Of a stretch of 64,000 nucleotides of DNA, positions 22,788 through 32,384 are shown one piece after another. The stretch comes from an uncultured Fibrobacteria bacterium (GTDB lineage: Bacteria; Fibrobacterota; Fibrobacteria; UBA11236). Each line of letters begins with the position of its first letter. Position 1 is the stretch's first letter. The position numbers were made by a program, and so were the translations under genes. Below the pieces are notes generated by a model, which made no database searches, was not told where the DNA came from, and saw nothing but the letters and a program-made list of their open reading frames with translations. The DNA is taken from the NCBI GenBank assembly GCA_963716395.1, contig OY970309.1:896001-960000 (forward strand), given 5' to 3'.

Positions 22788-23271
22788 GTCTGTCGTCAAC
22801 GCTTCTCCCGTAATCCATCTCGGGGAAGCGGGGTATCTTTTCGTATTACGTGATTTGTTCGGCACCATCCTTATTCCAAGGCCGGTCGTCGATGAAATCC
22901 TCGCGAAGCCCGAATCGAAGGACCGTATTTCAAATACTCCATGGATTCGGGTGCTATCGGTGGATCCGCCTGCAGCATCCTTGACCGCATGGGATTTGGG
23001 ACCGGGCGAAACTTCGGTGCTGACGTATGCCTTGGCCCATCCGGGAACCGAAGCCGTATTGGACGATTGGGCTGCCCGCCGTTGCGCCAAAAGTCTTGGA
23101 GTTCCGGTATGCGGAACCCTGGGTGTCATCCTGCGCGCCGCGCGCAAGGGGATTCTCTCCGACCCGGTTTCCGTACTCCACAAAGTGCGGAATGCCGGCA
23201 TGTGGCTTTCACAGGATGTCTTCGAGGAGGTGCTCGGCTTGGCTCGGGAAATGTCGAAATTCAGCAAATGA
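22780..23271 (+). CDS. DUF3368/PIN-domain putative toxin
   Basis: VVNASPVI, LGPGE, LDDWAARR, GTLGVIL PIN-type motifs. Confidence 0.82.
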   Translation: MVESVVNASPVIHLGEAGYLFVLRDLFGTILIPRPVVDEILAKPESKDRISNTPWIRVLSVDPPAASLTAWDLGPGETSVLTYALAHPGTEAVLDDWAARRCAKSLGVPVCGTLGVILRAARKGILSDPVSVLHKVRNAGMWLSQDVFEEVLGLAREMSKFSK

Positions 23272-25555
23272 AATCCTCCGGACCATCCAAGCGCAAACCG
23301 AAGGTTTCATCATACAGATTATCCACGCATTGAGCCCATAGACCCATCGCGCCCTCGGGTCCTTTCAGTTCCGCAATACTTCCTTGGTCTCGGAGTTTTT
23401 GCCATACGCGCTCAGGGACGTTAACTAGGCACCGTTGCAGCCTACGCATGCGCTCGCGAGAAGGGCCGGCATAACGCAACTCCTCCAGGATTTTTCGGCT
23501 GGAGTACCGATCCGAATCAGATTGCCACTCATACCACACCACGACACTTCGGTATCCTTGTTCATCAATGAGCCTGTACCATTGCGCCGCTGAGCGAAAT
23601 TGAAATCGGCATTCGCCTTCACCTGCATCTTCAAAACCGTAACTTTTGAAATCTTTGCGACCGAAATCATTTACTGCCCGGTAGAAGCATTGGAAATATT
23701 TCCGGAACGCGTCGGGGGAAAGTAGGCCGGATCGATCCGGCCAAGTCCGTATCACCTCGGAACCGGCCTGTTCCATTTTGAGCAAAAGACCGGATGGAGA
23801 GGGTTTCGGCGGATTGAAAATCACCACTTCGCCCAACCTCTCCTTCAGCTTTCCTTCCCGGTTGCATCGTCCGGCCGCCTGGGCGATACTATCCAGCCCA
23901 GCCATGGCCCGGAATACCACGGGAAAATCAATGTCCACCCCCGCTTCCACGAGTTGCGTGCTGATCACACACAGTGGCCTGTCTTGGGATAAATCCTCCT
24001 TGATGCGCCGAATCACTTTGGAGCGATGCTCCCCGCACATCAGGGCCGAAAGATGAACTGGTGTTTCCGCCGATACCTGCCTGACCGCTTCCCAAAGCTC
24101 GCGGCAATCCTGCCGGCGATTGACGATGCAAAGAACTTGCCGATGTCCCGAAAGCTCACCGGCCAAACTCGGCCAATCAATTTTTTCCGGCCCTTGAAAC
24201 CGCAATTGGACCCGCTTCAGGGATACGGCCAGCTCGGCCGGGCTTGTGACGATTTCCCTGACTGAGTCGCAATCGAGCCCCTGGAACCGGGCTTTTTGCG
24301 AGCCGATTTCTCCGAGCAGGGCGGGCTGGGTGGCGGTACATAACACCACGGTACACCCGAAATGCTTGACCAATCCTTTGAGCACCGACAAGGTAGGTGC
24401 CAAAAATTCGGACGGTAACATCTGGGCTTCGTCCAGGATAATGACGGAATCCACGATATTATGAAGTTTGCGGCACCGGCTGGTGCGCGAGGCGAAGAGC
24501 GACTCGAAAAACTGTACGTTGGTGGTGACCACAACCGGCGCATCCCAATTCTCGGCCGCGAGACGGCCCCCCACGGTTTCCCGATCCAAATCCACATTAC
24601 TGTGATGCTCCAGGACGTTCTCCGACCCTAAGACCTCGGAAAAAATCTGGGCCGCTTGCTCGATGATGCTGGTAAAGGGTATAGCCATAATGACACGGCG
24701 TTTGCCGTATCTCAGAGCATGTTCGAGCGCGAAGGCCAGGGAAGAAAGGGTTTTGCCGCCGCCGGTTGGAACGGTAAGGGAAAAGAAGCCGGGTTCGAGA
24801 TCCGCCGCCTTGCGGCAATCCGCCAACACTTCCCGTCTGATTTTGTTGACCAGAAGTTCGAAATTCCCTTTGGCCTTCAATTCGGCATCTCTTTCATCTG
24901 TTTTGGATCGGAAAAGGACGTGCAATTCCTTCAAGGTGGAAGTAGGACCGCGTTTCTCGGCCTTCTCCGGATCCATAAAGGCTTCGGTGTCCAGAAAATC
25001 CGCGTCCACCAGACTGGAGAAAAGCATGCGTATCCACAGATGAATTTGCTCAGGATCCTGAGGCGGCTTGGATGCCGGTAAAGCGGCTTCCAAAATTTCT
25101 TTGGGAATATCCGCCTTTCGGGTTTCTTCAAGATGGCGGGTTTCATTCAGACGTTCTTCTAATCCCCAGCCTTCCGCCTTGTCTTTGAACCAATCGGGCA
25201 GTCCCGAATGATGGCCCGCAATCAGGTAGGCTAGAACTCTTCCTATGCCTTTTTGTTTTTGTACGGCGTGAATGGCTCCGGCAGTACTGTGATCCACCTT
25301 GCCGGGAACATTTTCCAGGTGGGCATCTATCCGATACCCTGTTGCCGAGCGGATATAACTCTGAAAATCCGCCTTATACTTTCCCAAGTCATGCCAAAGT
25401 CCGGCCAAATAGCCCCAGTCGTGGGAAGAGAAATTTTGTGCCGCCTCCCCGGAGCGCCTTCCGACCTCTTGCAAATGCCCTTCCAGGGTATGTTCAATCC
25501 ATTTGTCGGTGGCAGAGTCTTTCCGCACATGCGCGATATAGCGTTGCATCGACAT
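23261..25555 (-). CDS. cas3: Cas3 HD nuclease-helicase
   Basis: HDLGK, HHSGL, LVDADFLDT, VPTGGGKT, DEAQ, QAAGRCNREG. Confidence 0.97.
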   Translation of the reverse strand: MSMQRYIAHVRKDSATDKWIEHTLEGHLQEVGRRSGEAAQNFSSHDWGYLAGLWHDLGKYKADFQSYIRSATGYRIDAHLENVPGKVDHSTAGAIHAVQKQKGIGRVLAYLIAGHHSGLPDWFKDKAEGWGLEERLNETRHLEETRKADIPKEILEAALPASKPPQDPEQIHLWIRMLFSSLVDADFLDTEAFMDPEKAEKRGPTSTLKELHVLFRSKTDERDAELKAKGNFELLVNKIRREVLADCRKAADLEPGFFSLTVPTGGGKTLSSLAFALEHALRYGKRRVIMAIPFTSIIEQAAQIFSEVLGSENVLEHHSNVDLDRETVGGRLAAENWDAPVVVTTNVQFFESLFASRTSRCRKLHNIVDSVIILDEAQMLPSEFLAPTLSVLKGLVKHFGCTVVLCTATQPALLGEIGSQKARFQGLDCDSVREIVTSPAELAVSLKRVQLRFQGPEKIDWPSLAGELSGHRQVLCIVNRRQDCRELWEAVRQVSAETPVHLSALMCGEHRSKVIRRIKEDLSQDRPLCVISTQLVEAGVDIDFPVVFRAMAGLDSIAQAAGRCNREGKLKERLGEVVIFNPPKPSPSGLLLKMEQAGSEVIRTWPDRSGLLSPDAFRKYFQCFYRAVNDFGRKDFKSYGFEDAGEGECRFQFRSAAQWYRLIDEQGYRSVVVWYEWQSDSDRYSSRKILEELRYAGPSRERMRRLQRCLVNVPERVWQKLRDQGSIAELKGPEGAMGLWAQCVDNLYDETFGLRLDGPEDFIC

Positions 25556-25633
25556 CCTTTACTTCGTCCGCTGTCAAGAATAGTCGGGACCGACGCGAGC
25601 AGCGCGCGCCGGTCGCTTCTGCGTCTAATTTTC

Positions 25634-25712
25634 GTCTCAGCGAATGAGACCGGCGTTACCTACTGCACAAATGAACCGTTGCATGGCTGCTTCCAGTTTC
25701 AGAAACTGAGAC
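25634..25712. promoter_or_regulatory. two palindromic putative WYL-regulator operators GTYTCA-N5-TGAGAC
   Basis: GTCTCAgcgaaTGAGAC 25634-25650 and GTTTCAgaaacTGAGAC 25696-25712 in the divergent cas3/WYL intergenic region. Confidence 0.6.
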
Positions 25713-25722
25713 GGAATATTCC

Positions 25723-26673
25723 ATGAAATCCATTTCTCACTTGCATAAGATCCATCGGTTGCTTTCGGAATCCCAAAAATCCGGGATCACCCTTCCCACC
25801 TTGCAACGTAAATCCGGACTTTCCCGGCCGACGGTGTACCGCGTCTTGAAGAAGTTGAAGGAATTGGGCGCCCCCTTAACTTCACCACGCCGGGGGTTTT
25901 ACGCGTTCGCCTCTGAAAGTGCCTTCGAACTCCCCGGCTTTGCCTGGCTTTCGGAGGGGGAACTCGGAACCTTGCTTGGCCTCATGGCCTGGCTTGGCCA
26001 GCCGGAATCCGAAGCCCTGGAAGAAATCATCGGCCCCTTCCGCAAACGCGTCGAGACCATGGCCTCCCGGCTGAAAATAGATGGGGAAAAGTTGCAGACC
26101 GCCATCGCTCTCTTGCCCATGCACGCCCGCGTCATTCGTCCCGGCATCCTGCGTCAGACTTGTGAAGGGCTTTTAAGCAACCGGAAATTGCGCATCCGTT
26201 ACGGCGATGAAGACGATTTCCTGGATCGCGAAGTTTCGCCTCAGAAACTTGTACGCTACCGCGATAACTGGTACCTGGATGCGTTTTGTCACGTGCGTCA
26301 GGCACTGCGAATTTTTTCTCTTTCCCGAATCCGGCGATTGGAATTGCTGGCGGAGCCGGCCGAATCGGTGCCCCGGGCGGAGCGTGACGCTTTTTTCGCC
26401 ACCTCCTACGGTATCTTCAGCGGTACGTCTCAACATACGGCCATCTTGCGGTTTACTGGTTACGCCGCCCAAGAGACAGAAGCTGAAACCTGGCACCCTC
26501 TGGAGCAAAAATCCCGCGATCAAGACGCTCTGGTGCTTCGATTTCCCTATGGAGATTCCCGCGAATTGGTACGGGATATTTTGCGCTGGGGCCCAGAGGT
26601 CGAGGTGCTTGGTCCCGTGAAATTAAGGGATCAGGTGGCGGAAATGGCGCGGCAAACGGCCTCGCAATATTAA
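25723..26673 (+). CDS. HTH-WYL-WCX transcriptional regulator
   Basis: N-terminal wHTH (LSRPTVYRVL), REVSPQKL..NWYLDAFC..RIFSLSRI, ILRWGPEVEVLGP. Confidence 0.92.
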   Translation: MKSISHLHKIHRLLSESQKSGITLPTLQRKSGLSRPTVYRVLKKLKELGAPLTSPRRGFYAFASESAFELPGFAWLSEGELGTLLGLMAWLGQPESEALEEIIGPFRKRVETMASRLKIDGEKLQTAIALLPMHARVIRPGILRQTCEGLLSNRKLRIRYGDEDDFLDREVSPQKLVRYRDNWYLDAFCHVRQALRIFSLSRIRRLELLAEPAESVPRAERDAFFATSYGIFSGTSQHTAILRFTGYAAQETEAETWHPLEQKSRDQDALVLRFPYGDSRELVRDILRWGPEVEVLGPVKLRDQVAEMARQTASQY

Positions 26674-26763
26674 GGTCCGGACAGCAGGAATTTTCCTGAA
26701 ATGGCCGAGGCGATGTACCGAACATATCGAGGTGACCCTGTTCGAGTCCGGTTTTTCGAATCG

Positions 26764-26817
26764 CACCGCTTCCCCGAGCGACTTGTGGTGAGCGTGTCGA
26801 ACCCAGTCGAGGGGTGG
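26764..26817. repeat. REP-like palindromic miniature element (single copy in window)
   Basis: CCCCGAGCGA-CTTGTGGTGAGCGTGTCGAACCC-AGTCGAGGGG resembles GAGC..GTCGA-type REP units. Confidence 0.4.
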
Positions 26818-26902
26818 CGCGCTGACTCCGGACGAATTCCGCAGGCCAGGGAAGGAAAATTCTTGCCGGCCCCGAACTCGATTCCAATTGAGCGGAGCTT
26901 CG

Positions 26903-27973
26903 CTAGAGTATTTCTACCGGCGATCGCGTCTTTAGCAACTCGATTAATTCCAGCACCCCTTCGCGTGTTAACCATCCCTTCGCATTGGAGCGCGTCGCCT
27001 GCGACAGGCGTTTGACGGCGGCAATTTCCTGGCGGAAAAGGTGTTCGTTGAAACGCGCCAGCGTGAAAAAACTGGAAACGCGGGGATCGCTTTTTTCCAA
27101 GATGGCGTCGGCTTCGGAACGCAAGGCGGCGACTTCGCGGCGCAGGCGCTTGGCATAGGCCTTGAGCGTTGCGATGGGCGTCACGGAGAGATAGGGGCCA
27201 ATGGCATTAAGCGGATTGCGCGCCAAAATATCGAAGAGTCCGTGGAGGTTACGGGCTTGATAGGCCGCGCTAAGCTTCTGCATCCACGCGGTTTTTTCCG
27301 CGCGCAATGCCGGGTCGGTTTCCTTATCGGGATGCAAGGCGCGCGCGAGCAGCAAATACAGCCCGCGCATGTCTCCGAGCAGGGATTGCTCTTGTTCCTC
27401 CGCGCGTTGTTTCGCCTTGGTCTTTGCGCCGGTTCCGCGTTTTTGCTGTCGATAGCGACCGGGATGGTCCTCGGGTTCGGGGCCGGGGCCGGGTTCAAAA
27501 AATCCCATAAACTCATCGAAACTCGCGCCGAATTCTTCGGTGCCGGCCCGGATTTCTTCCCCTTCTTCGTCGCTTAGACATGGCAGCACAAGAAAATCTT
27601 TGCGTAGATCCGAAAGATCCTGATCAAAGTTTTCCTCGAGTTCGAAGATCAACCATTCCACCGCATCGTGGATTTTGGCCGCTTGCCGGGGTTTCATCCA
27701 ACCCGCTTTCAATTGGTTCAGCAAGGCGGTGAGGCAGGCCCGTTTCCACCGAACGACGTTTTCCAGCAAGGGGACGAATTCCGCGGCGAAACGCTCCTGG
27801 GCCTGCACTAAAAGCTTTTCATTGCGCGCGGCCTGTTCCCGGGCCTCGGCGACGCCGCGCATCAGCCGGGACAGTTCGCCAAGAACCTTGGCATGGCCCG
27901 CGGCAGGTGCCGAGTTATCCAATTCGAGGGTTGGCCCAATCGGCACCGGCGTTGAGTCTGACTTCGGATTCAT
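26903..27973 (-). CDS. coiled-coil protein with internal J-domain-like HPD motif
   Basis: LYLLLARALHPDKETD..MQKLSAAY. Confidence 0.7.
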   Translation of the reverse strand: MNPKSDSTPVPIGPTLELDNSAPAAGHAKVLGELSRLMRGVAEAREQAARNEKLLVQAQERFAAEFVPLLENVVRWKRACLTALLNQLKAGWMKPRQAAKIHDAVEWLIFELEENFDQDLSDLRKDFLVLPCLSDEEGEEIRAGTEEFGASFDEFMGFFEPGPGPEPEDHPGRYRQQKRGTGAKTKAKQRAEEQEQSLLGDMRGLYLLLARALHPDKETDPALRAEKTAWMQKLSAAYQARNLHGLFDILARNPLNAIGPYLSVTPIATLKAYAKRLRREVAALRSEADAILEKSDPRVSSFFTLARFNEHLFRQEIAAVKRLSQATRSNAKGWLTREGVLELIELLKTRSPVEIL

Positions 27974-28452
27974 TCCAGAAATAGACCAATTTTCACATCA
28001 AACTTGCAGGACAGATTCCCCGCCTTCCACGCGATGCGTACGTAAATCAAACCCTGTTTTCCGACCATGGCCGTCCGCCCCGGCTTCCACCTACCAATCC
28101 TAGGGCCTCAATGCCAGCACGACTCCCCCATTTTCCTCGCCCTCATTTCACTTTCCCCTGGCAGAATCGCCGCCCGATCCAGCCCAAGACATAGCCCATC
28201 TTTTCTCCCGCAGGGTAGCTTACCGATGACCCAGTATTCGGACTAATCCGGATACTTCGTCCAATCCGTGTTTTCACCTTCGCCGCCCCATCAAGCCCTA
28301 CAGCTTCGGTTTCGTGCGCTTCGGGTTTCACCCTCTTCGGCGGGCCGGTCGGTCCGCCGAAGACGGGATATCAGACCGGAGGGTGAATGAAAAGAATCCA
28401 CGGTGAATGGAATTACACAATTCCGTCGCGCCAAAACCGGCCGAAGCGGACC

Positions 28453-28944
28453 CTAAGGTCCGGCCGGCTGCGCTGCGACTTCGCGCGGCGGCAGGCATTG
28501 GGTGTTGTTGCAGGCCTGATAGCGCAACGAGACTTTCACGGTCTTCAAAGCCGCGGCGCTCGGCTTGCCGCCCTTGGCCTTGACCGGCGTGCGAATGTCG
28601 AAGGCGCCTTGGAACAAGGCCACCTTTCCGCCCAAGGCGGGAATCTCCTCGAATTCGGGTTTGGGGTAGACGGGTTGGCCGAAAACCAGACCTTGGCCTT
28701 CGGCATGCAGCACGGTGGGAATCAAAAACGAGTCGAGCGGCGCGAAGGATTGAATGTGCCAGTCTGGGGGCAAAACCACGTGCACCACCAATTGCGACGA
28801 GTCGCCGCGAAAGCTCGGGGGGTCGAAGTGGTAACTCACCTGCGGCGTAATACCGGCACCGGCGGTCCCAACGGTGACAAAACCGGCGATAGAACCGGCG
28901 ACAAAAATGGCGATCGGCGAAATGAGGGCGAAACGAGTCGACAT
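28453..28944 (-). CDS. DsbD N-terminal-like (disulfide corrector) exported protein
   Basis: hydrophobic N-terminus, WHIQS, YQACNNTQCLPP. Confidence 0.75.
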   Translation of the reverse strand: MSTRFALISPIAIFVAGSIAGFVTVGTAGAGITPQVSYHFDPPSFRGDSSQLVVHVVLPPDWHIQSFAPLDSFLIPTVLHAEGQGLVFGQPVYPKPEFEEIPALGGKVALFQGAFDIRTPVKAKGGKPSAAALKTVKVSLRYQACNNTQCLPPREVAAQPAGP

Positions 28945-29036
28945 GCTTTCTCCTGGCTGCGGAATTCAATTTACATGTCCGCTCCGGACCGGCCACGACA
29001 TTGACAGCGTGATCCGGAGCATCGTATCTTCGCCCC

Positions 29037-30380
29037 ATGTCCGGTCTCATGCGTTCGGTGTCGGGTATCCGTGGCGTGGTCGGTCCGGAATTCAATCCCG
29101 TTGTAGTGGCGGAATACGTCAACGTCTTGGTGGGCCAGCTCGGCGCCAAAAAAGTGGTGGTGGGCCGCGATACCCGTCCCACTGGCGCCATGATCGAGGC
29201 CGCCGTGGCCGCGGCCTTGCAGGCTTCGGGCGCCCAAGCCATCCTGCTGGGCATGGCATCGACGCCCACGGTGGAAATGGCGGTGCTGCAGCAAGGCGCC
29301 GACGCTGGCATCATCATCACCGCGTCGCATAACCCCGCGGAATGGAATGCGCTCAAATTTCTGAACGCCGAGGGTATTTTTCTCGACGAAGAAGAGGTGC
29401 GCCGCCTCTTCGCGTCCGTGGACGCGCGTCAGTTTCATTGGCAAGGCCATACCGGCATCGGTTCGCTGCGATCCGAGGCGGGAGCCGACGAGGGCCATTT
29501 GCGCGCCATTCTGGATTTGCCCTTAATCGATGTCGCTGCCATCCGCCGCCGCGCCTTCAAGGTCGCCTACGACGGGGTCAACGGCGCCGGCAGTTTGATC
29601 CTCCCGCGCTTGCTGCGCGAACTCGGGTGCACGGTCGAAGCCCTGCATGTGACGCCCGACGGCTGCTTTCCCCATAACCCCGAACCCACGCCCGAAAACC
29701 TGGCCGATCTCGCGCGCCGCGTGCGCGAGCAAAACTGCGATCTGGGATTCGCCACCGATCCCGACGCCGACCGCTGCGCCTTGGTCGACGAGCACGGCAC
29801 GGCCATCGGCGAAGAATACACGCTGGCCCTGGCGGTCGACTTCATGCTGCGCCGCCGGAAGGGCCCGGTGACCATCAACCTTTCCACCAGCCGCATGAAC
29901 GAAGATTTGGCCGCGCGCTACGGGGTGCCGCTGACGCGCACCAAGGTGGGCGAAATCAATGTCGCGAAAGCCATGCAGGCGAACGGCAGCGTGATCGGCG
30001 GCGAAGGCAACGGCGGCGTCATCCTGCCGGATTTGCATTACGGCCGCGACGGCATTCTGGCCGCAGCCTTGATCCTTCAGTCTTTGACCGAACGCGGCGG
30101 CGCGCTTTCCCAACTGGTGGCGGAAATTCCCGCCTACCACATCGACAAGCGCAAATTCGCGGTGGCCGGCAAAGACCCGCAGCGCATTTACGCGCAACTG
30201 GAAAAGACCTTCTCCGATGCCGAAATCGATCGCCGCGACGGGTTGCGCTTCGCCTGGCCCAGGCGCTGGGTGCATGTACGCCCGTCGAACACCGAACCCG
30301 TATTGCGCGTCCTCGCCGAAGCGCCTACGCCGCAGGCCGCAGCGGAACTATGCGCCGCCGTGGAACAGGAGTTGGGATGA
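29037..30380 (+). CDS. glmM: phosphoglucosamine mutase (phosphohexomutase)
   Basis: ITASHNP, DPDADR, GGEGNGG, RPSNTEP; adjacent to glmS. Confidence 0.85.
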   Translation: MSGLMRSVSGIRGVVGPEFNPVVVAEYVNVLVGQLGAKKVVVGRDTRPTGAMIEAAVAAALQASGAQAILLGMASTPTVEMAVLQQGADAGIIITASHNPAEWNALKFLNAEGIFLDEEEVRRLFASVDARQFHWQGHTGIGSLRSEAGADEGHLRAILDLPLIDVAAIRRRAFKVAYDGVNGAGSLILPRLLRELGCTVEALHVTPDGCFPHNPEPTPENLADLARRVREQNCDLGFATDPDADRCALVDEHGTAIGEEYTLALAVDFMLRRRKGPVTINLSTSRMNEDLAARYGVPLTRTKVGEINVAKAMQANGSVIGGEGNGGVILPDLHYGRDGILAAALILQSLTERGGALSQLVAEIPAYHIDKRKFAVAGKDPQRIYAQLEKTFSDAEIDRRDGLRFAWPRRWVHVRPSNTEPVLRVLAEAPTPQAAAELCAAVEQELG

Positions 30381-30467
30381 AAGGAAAATTGCCGGCGTCG
30401 ATCCGAAAATTTGCCCCGCGCGTGAAAAGCCGCCTCCGGCCGGCACCGAATTGCATTTTTTTCTGAT

Positions 30468-32291
30468 ATGTGCGGCATCATCGCCTATACCGGTTCGCGC
30501 CAGGCGGCTCAGATTCTGCTGGACGGGCTGCACAAGCTTGAATACCGCGGGTATGACAGCGCGGGCCTGTGCGTGCAAACCGATCATCATCTCGATTTGG
30601 TGCGGGCCAAAGGCAAACTTTCCGAACTCGAAACCGCGCTGCACTCCCATCCGTTGCGGGGCACCGCGGGCATCGGGCACACCCGCTGGGCTACCCACGG
30701 CGCGCCCTCGGTGCAAAATGCGCATCCGCATCTCAGCATGAACGGCAAAATCGCGGTGGTGCACAACGGCATCATCGAGAACTATGCCTTGATCAAGGAA
30801 ATGCTGAAGCAGGAGGGCGTGACCTTCCGGTCCGAAACCGATACCGAAGTCATCGCGCACCTGATCGCCAAATTCTACCGCGGCAGTCTGGCCCGGGCCG
30901 TGGCCGAGGCCATGACGCATTTGGGCGGCGCCTTCGGCATCGTGGCCATCGCGGCCGACGAACCCGGCGTGCTGGTGGGCGCGCGCCGCGGCAGCCCGCT
31001 GGTGTTGGGAATGGGGGAACACGAATTCTTTCTGGCTTCGGACGCGTCCGCCGTGGTGGAACATACCCAGAAAGTGGTGTACCTCAACGACAACGACATG
31101 GTCGAGGTGAACGGCGGCTACCGCATCACCAACCAGGCGCAAACCGAAGTACACCGCGAAGTGCAGAACCTCGACATTCGCGCCGACCAGGTGGCCAAAG
31201 GAGACTTTCCCCACTTCATGCTCAAGGAGATTTTCGAGCAACCCGCGACGGTGATCAATTCTTTACGCGGCCGGCTGCTGCCCGACTTCGGCACGGCCAA
31301 CCTGCAAGGCCTCAATCTCCTGACCCCGGAGTTGCGCAGCATTGAGCGCATCATCATTGTGGCCTGCGGTACCTCATTCTATGCCGGCAAGGTGGGCGAA
31401 TACATCATCGAGGATTTGAGCGGCATTCCCGTCGAAGTCGAGTACGCGTCGGAGTTCCGTTACCGCAACCCCATCATCAACCCCAAAACCATCGTGTTCG
31501 CGATTTCGCAGTCCGGCGAAACCGCCGATACCTTGGCGGCGTTGCGCGAAGCCAAGCAAAAAGGCGCCACCGTGCTCGGCATCTGCAACGTGGTGGGCAG
31601 CAGCATCGCGCGCGAAACCGACGGCGGCGTGTATCTGCACGCCGGGCCCGAAATCGGCGTGGCCTCGACCAAGGCCTTCACCTCGCAGGTTACGGTACTC
31701 ACCTTGATCGCCCTGCTGTTGGGCCGCATGCGCCGCATCAGCCAGGACGACGGCCGGCGTATCTGTGAAGCACTACAATCCATTCCCGCGCAAATCGAGG
31801 AGATCCTCAAACAAAACCAGGCCATCGCCGCCATCGCCGCGCATTACAAGGATCACCATAACTTTCTGTACCTGGGCCGCGGCTACAATTATCCCGTGGC
31901 GCTTGAAGGCGCGCTGAAGCTCAAGGAAATCTCCTACATCCATGCCGAAGGCTATCCCGCCGCGGAAATGAAGCACGGGCCCATCGCGCTGATCGATCGC
32001 GACATGCCCACGGTGGTGGTTTGCCCCACCGACGATTTGTTCGACAAGATGCTGTCGAACATGCAGGAAGTGAAAGCGCGCGGCGGCCGTATTCTCGCGG
32101 TGACCGACGCCGAAGACGGGCAGCTCGAAGGCTTGGCCAATCACCTGATCCGCATTCCCAAAACGCGGCATAAGCTCAGCCCGCTCCTGACCGTGGTTCC
32201 GCTGCAACTGTTGGCCTACCACATCGCCGTGCTGCGCGGCTGCGACGTCGACATGCCCCGCAATCTGGCCAAAAGCGTCACAGTGGAATAG
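30468..32291 (+). CDS. glmS: glutamine-fructose-6-phosphate aminotransferase
   Basis: MCGI, EYRGYDSAG, HTRWATHG, PRNLAKSVTVE. Confidence 0.98.
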   Translation: MCGIIAYTGSRQAAQILLDGLHKLEYRGYDSAGLCVQTDHHLDLVRAKGKLSELETALHSHPLRGTAGIGHTRWATHGAPSVQNAHPHLSMNGKIAVVHNGIIENYALIKEMLKQEGVTFRSETDTEVIAHLIAKFYRGSLARAVAEAMTHLGGAFGIVAIAADEPGVLVGARRGSPLVLGMGEHEFFLASDASAVVEHTQKVVYLNDNDMVEVNGGYRITNQAQTEVHREVQNLDIRADQVAKGDFPHFMLKEIFEQPATVINSLRGRLLPDFGTANLQGLNLLTPELRSIERIIIVACGTSFYAGKVGEYIIEDLSGIPVEVEYASEFRYRNPIINPKTIVFAISQSGETADTLAALREAKQKGATVLGICNVVGSSIARETDGGVYLHAGPEIGVASTKAFTSQVTVLTLIALLLGRMRRISQDDGRRICEALQSIPAQIEEILKQNQAIAAIAAHYKDHHNFLYLGRGYNYPVALEGALKLKEISYIHAEGYPAAEMKHGPIALIDRDMPTVVVCPTDDLFDKMLSNMQEVKARGGRILAVTDAEDGQLEGLANHLIRIPKTRHKLSPLLTVVPLQLLAYHIAVLRGCDVDMPRNLAKSVTVE

Positions 32292-32384
32292 GAACTCCGC
32301 TTCGGAATCGAGGCGGACCGGCACCCGCTCCGGCGCGACCGGGGCGCGTGAATTTCGGGATTTCAATTTGCACTTTGGAACCCC

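Noticed and set aside
16285-25555. Absence of cas6
   Set aside because: Normal for type I-C, where Cas5c processes pre-crRNA.
25696-25706. GTTTCAGAAAC as a solitary CRISPR repeat or CreTA-like unit
   Set aside because: Only the terminal 5-6 nt match the repeat and there is no hairpin core; better explained as an operator palindrome.
30381-30467. Possible glmS ribozyme
   Set aside because: The gap is only 87 bp and shows no recognisable ribozyme core.
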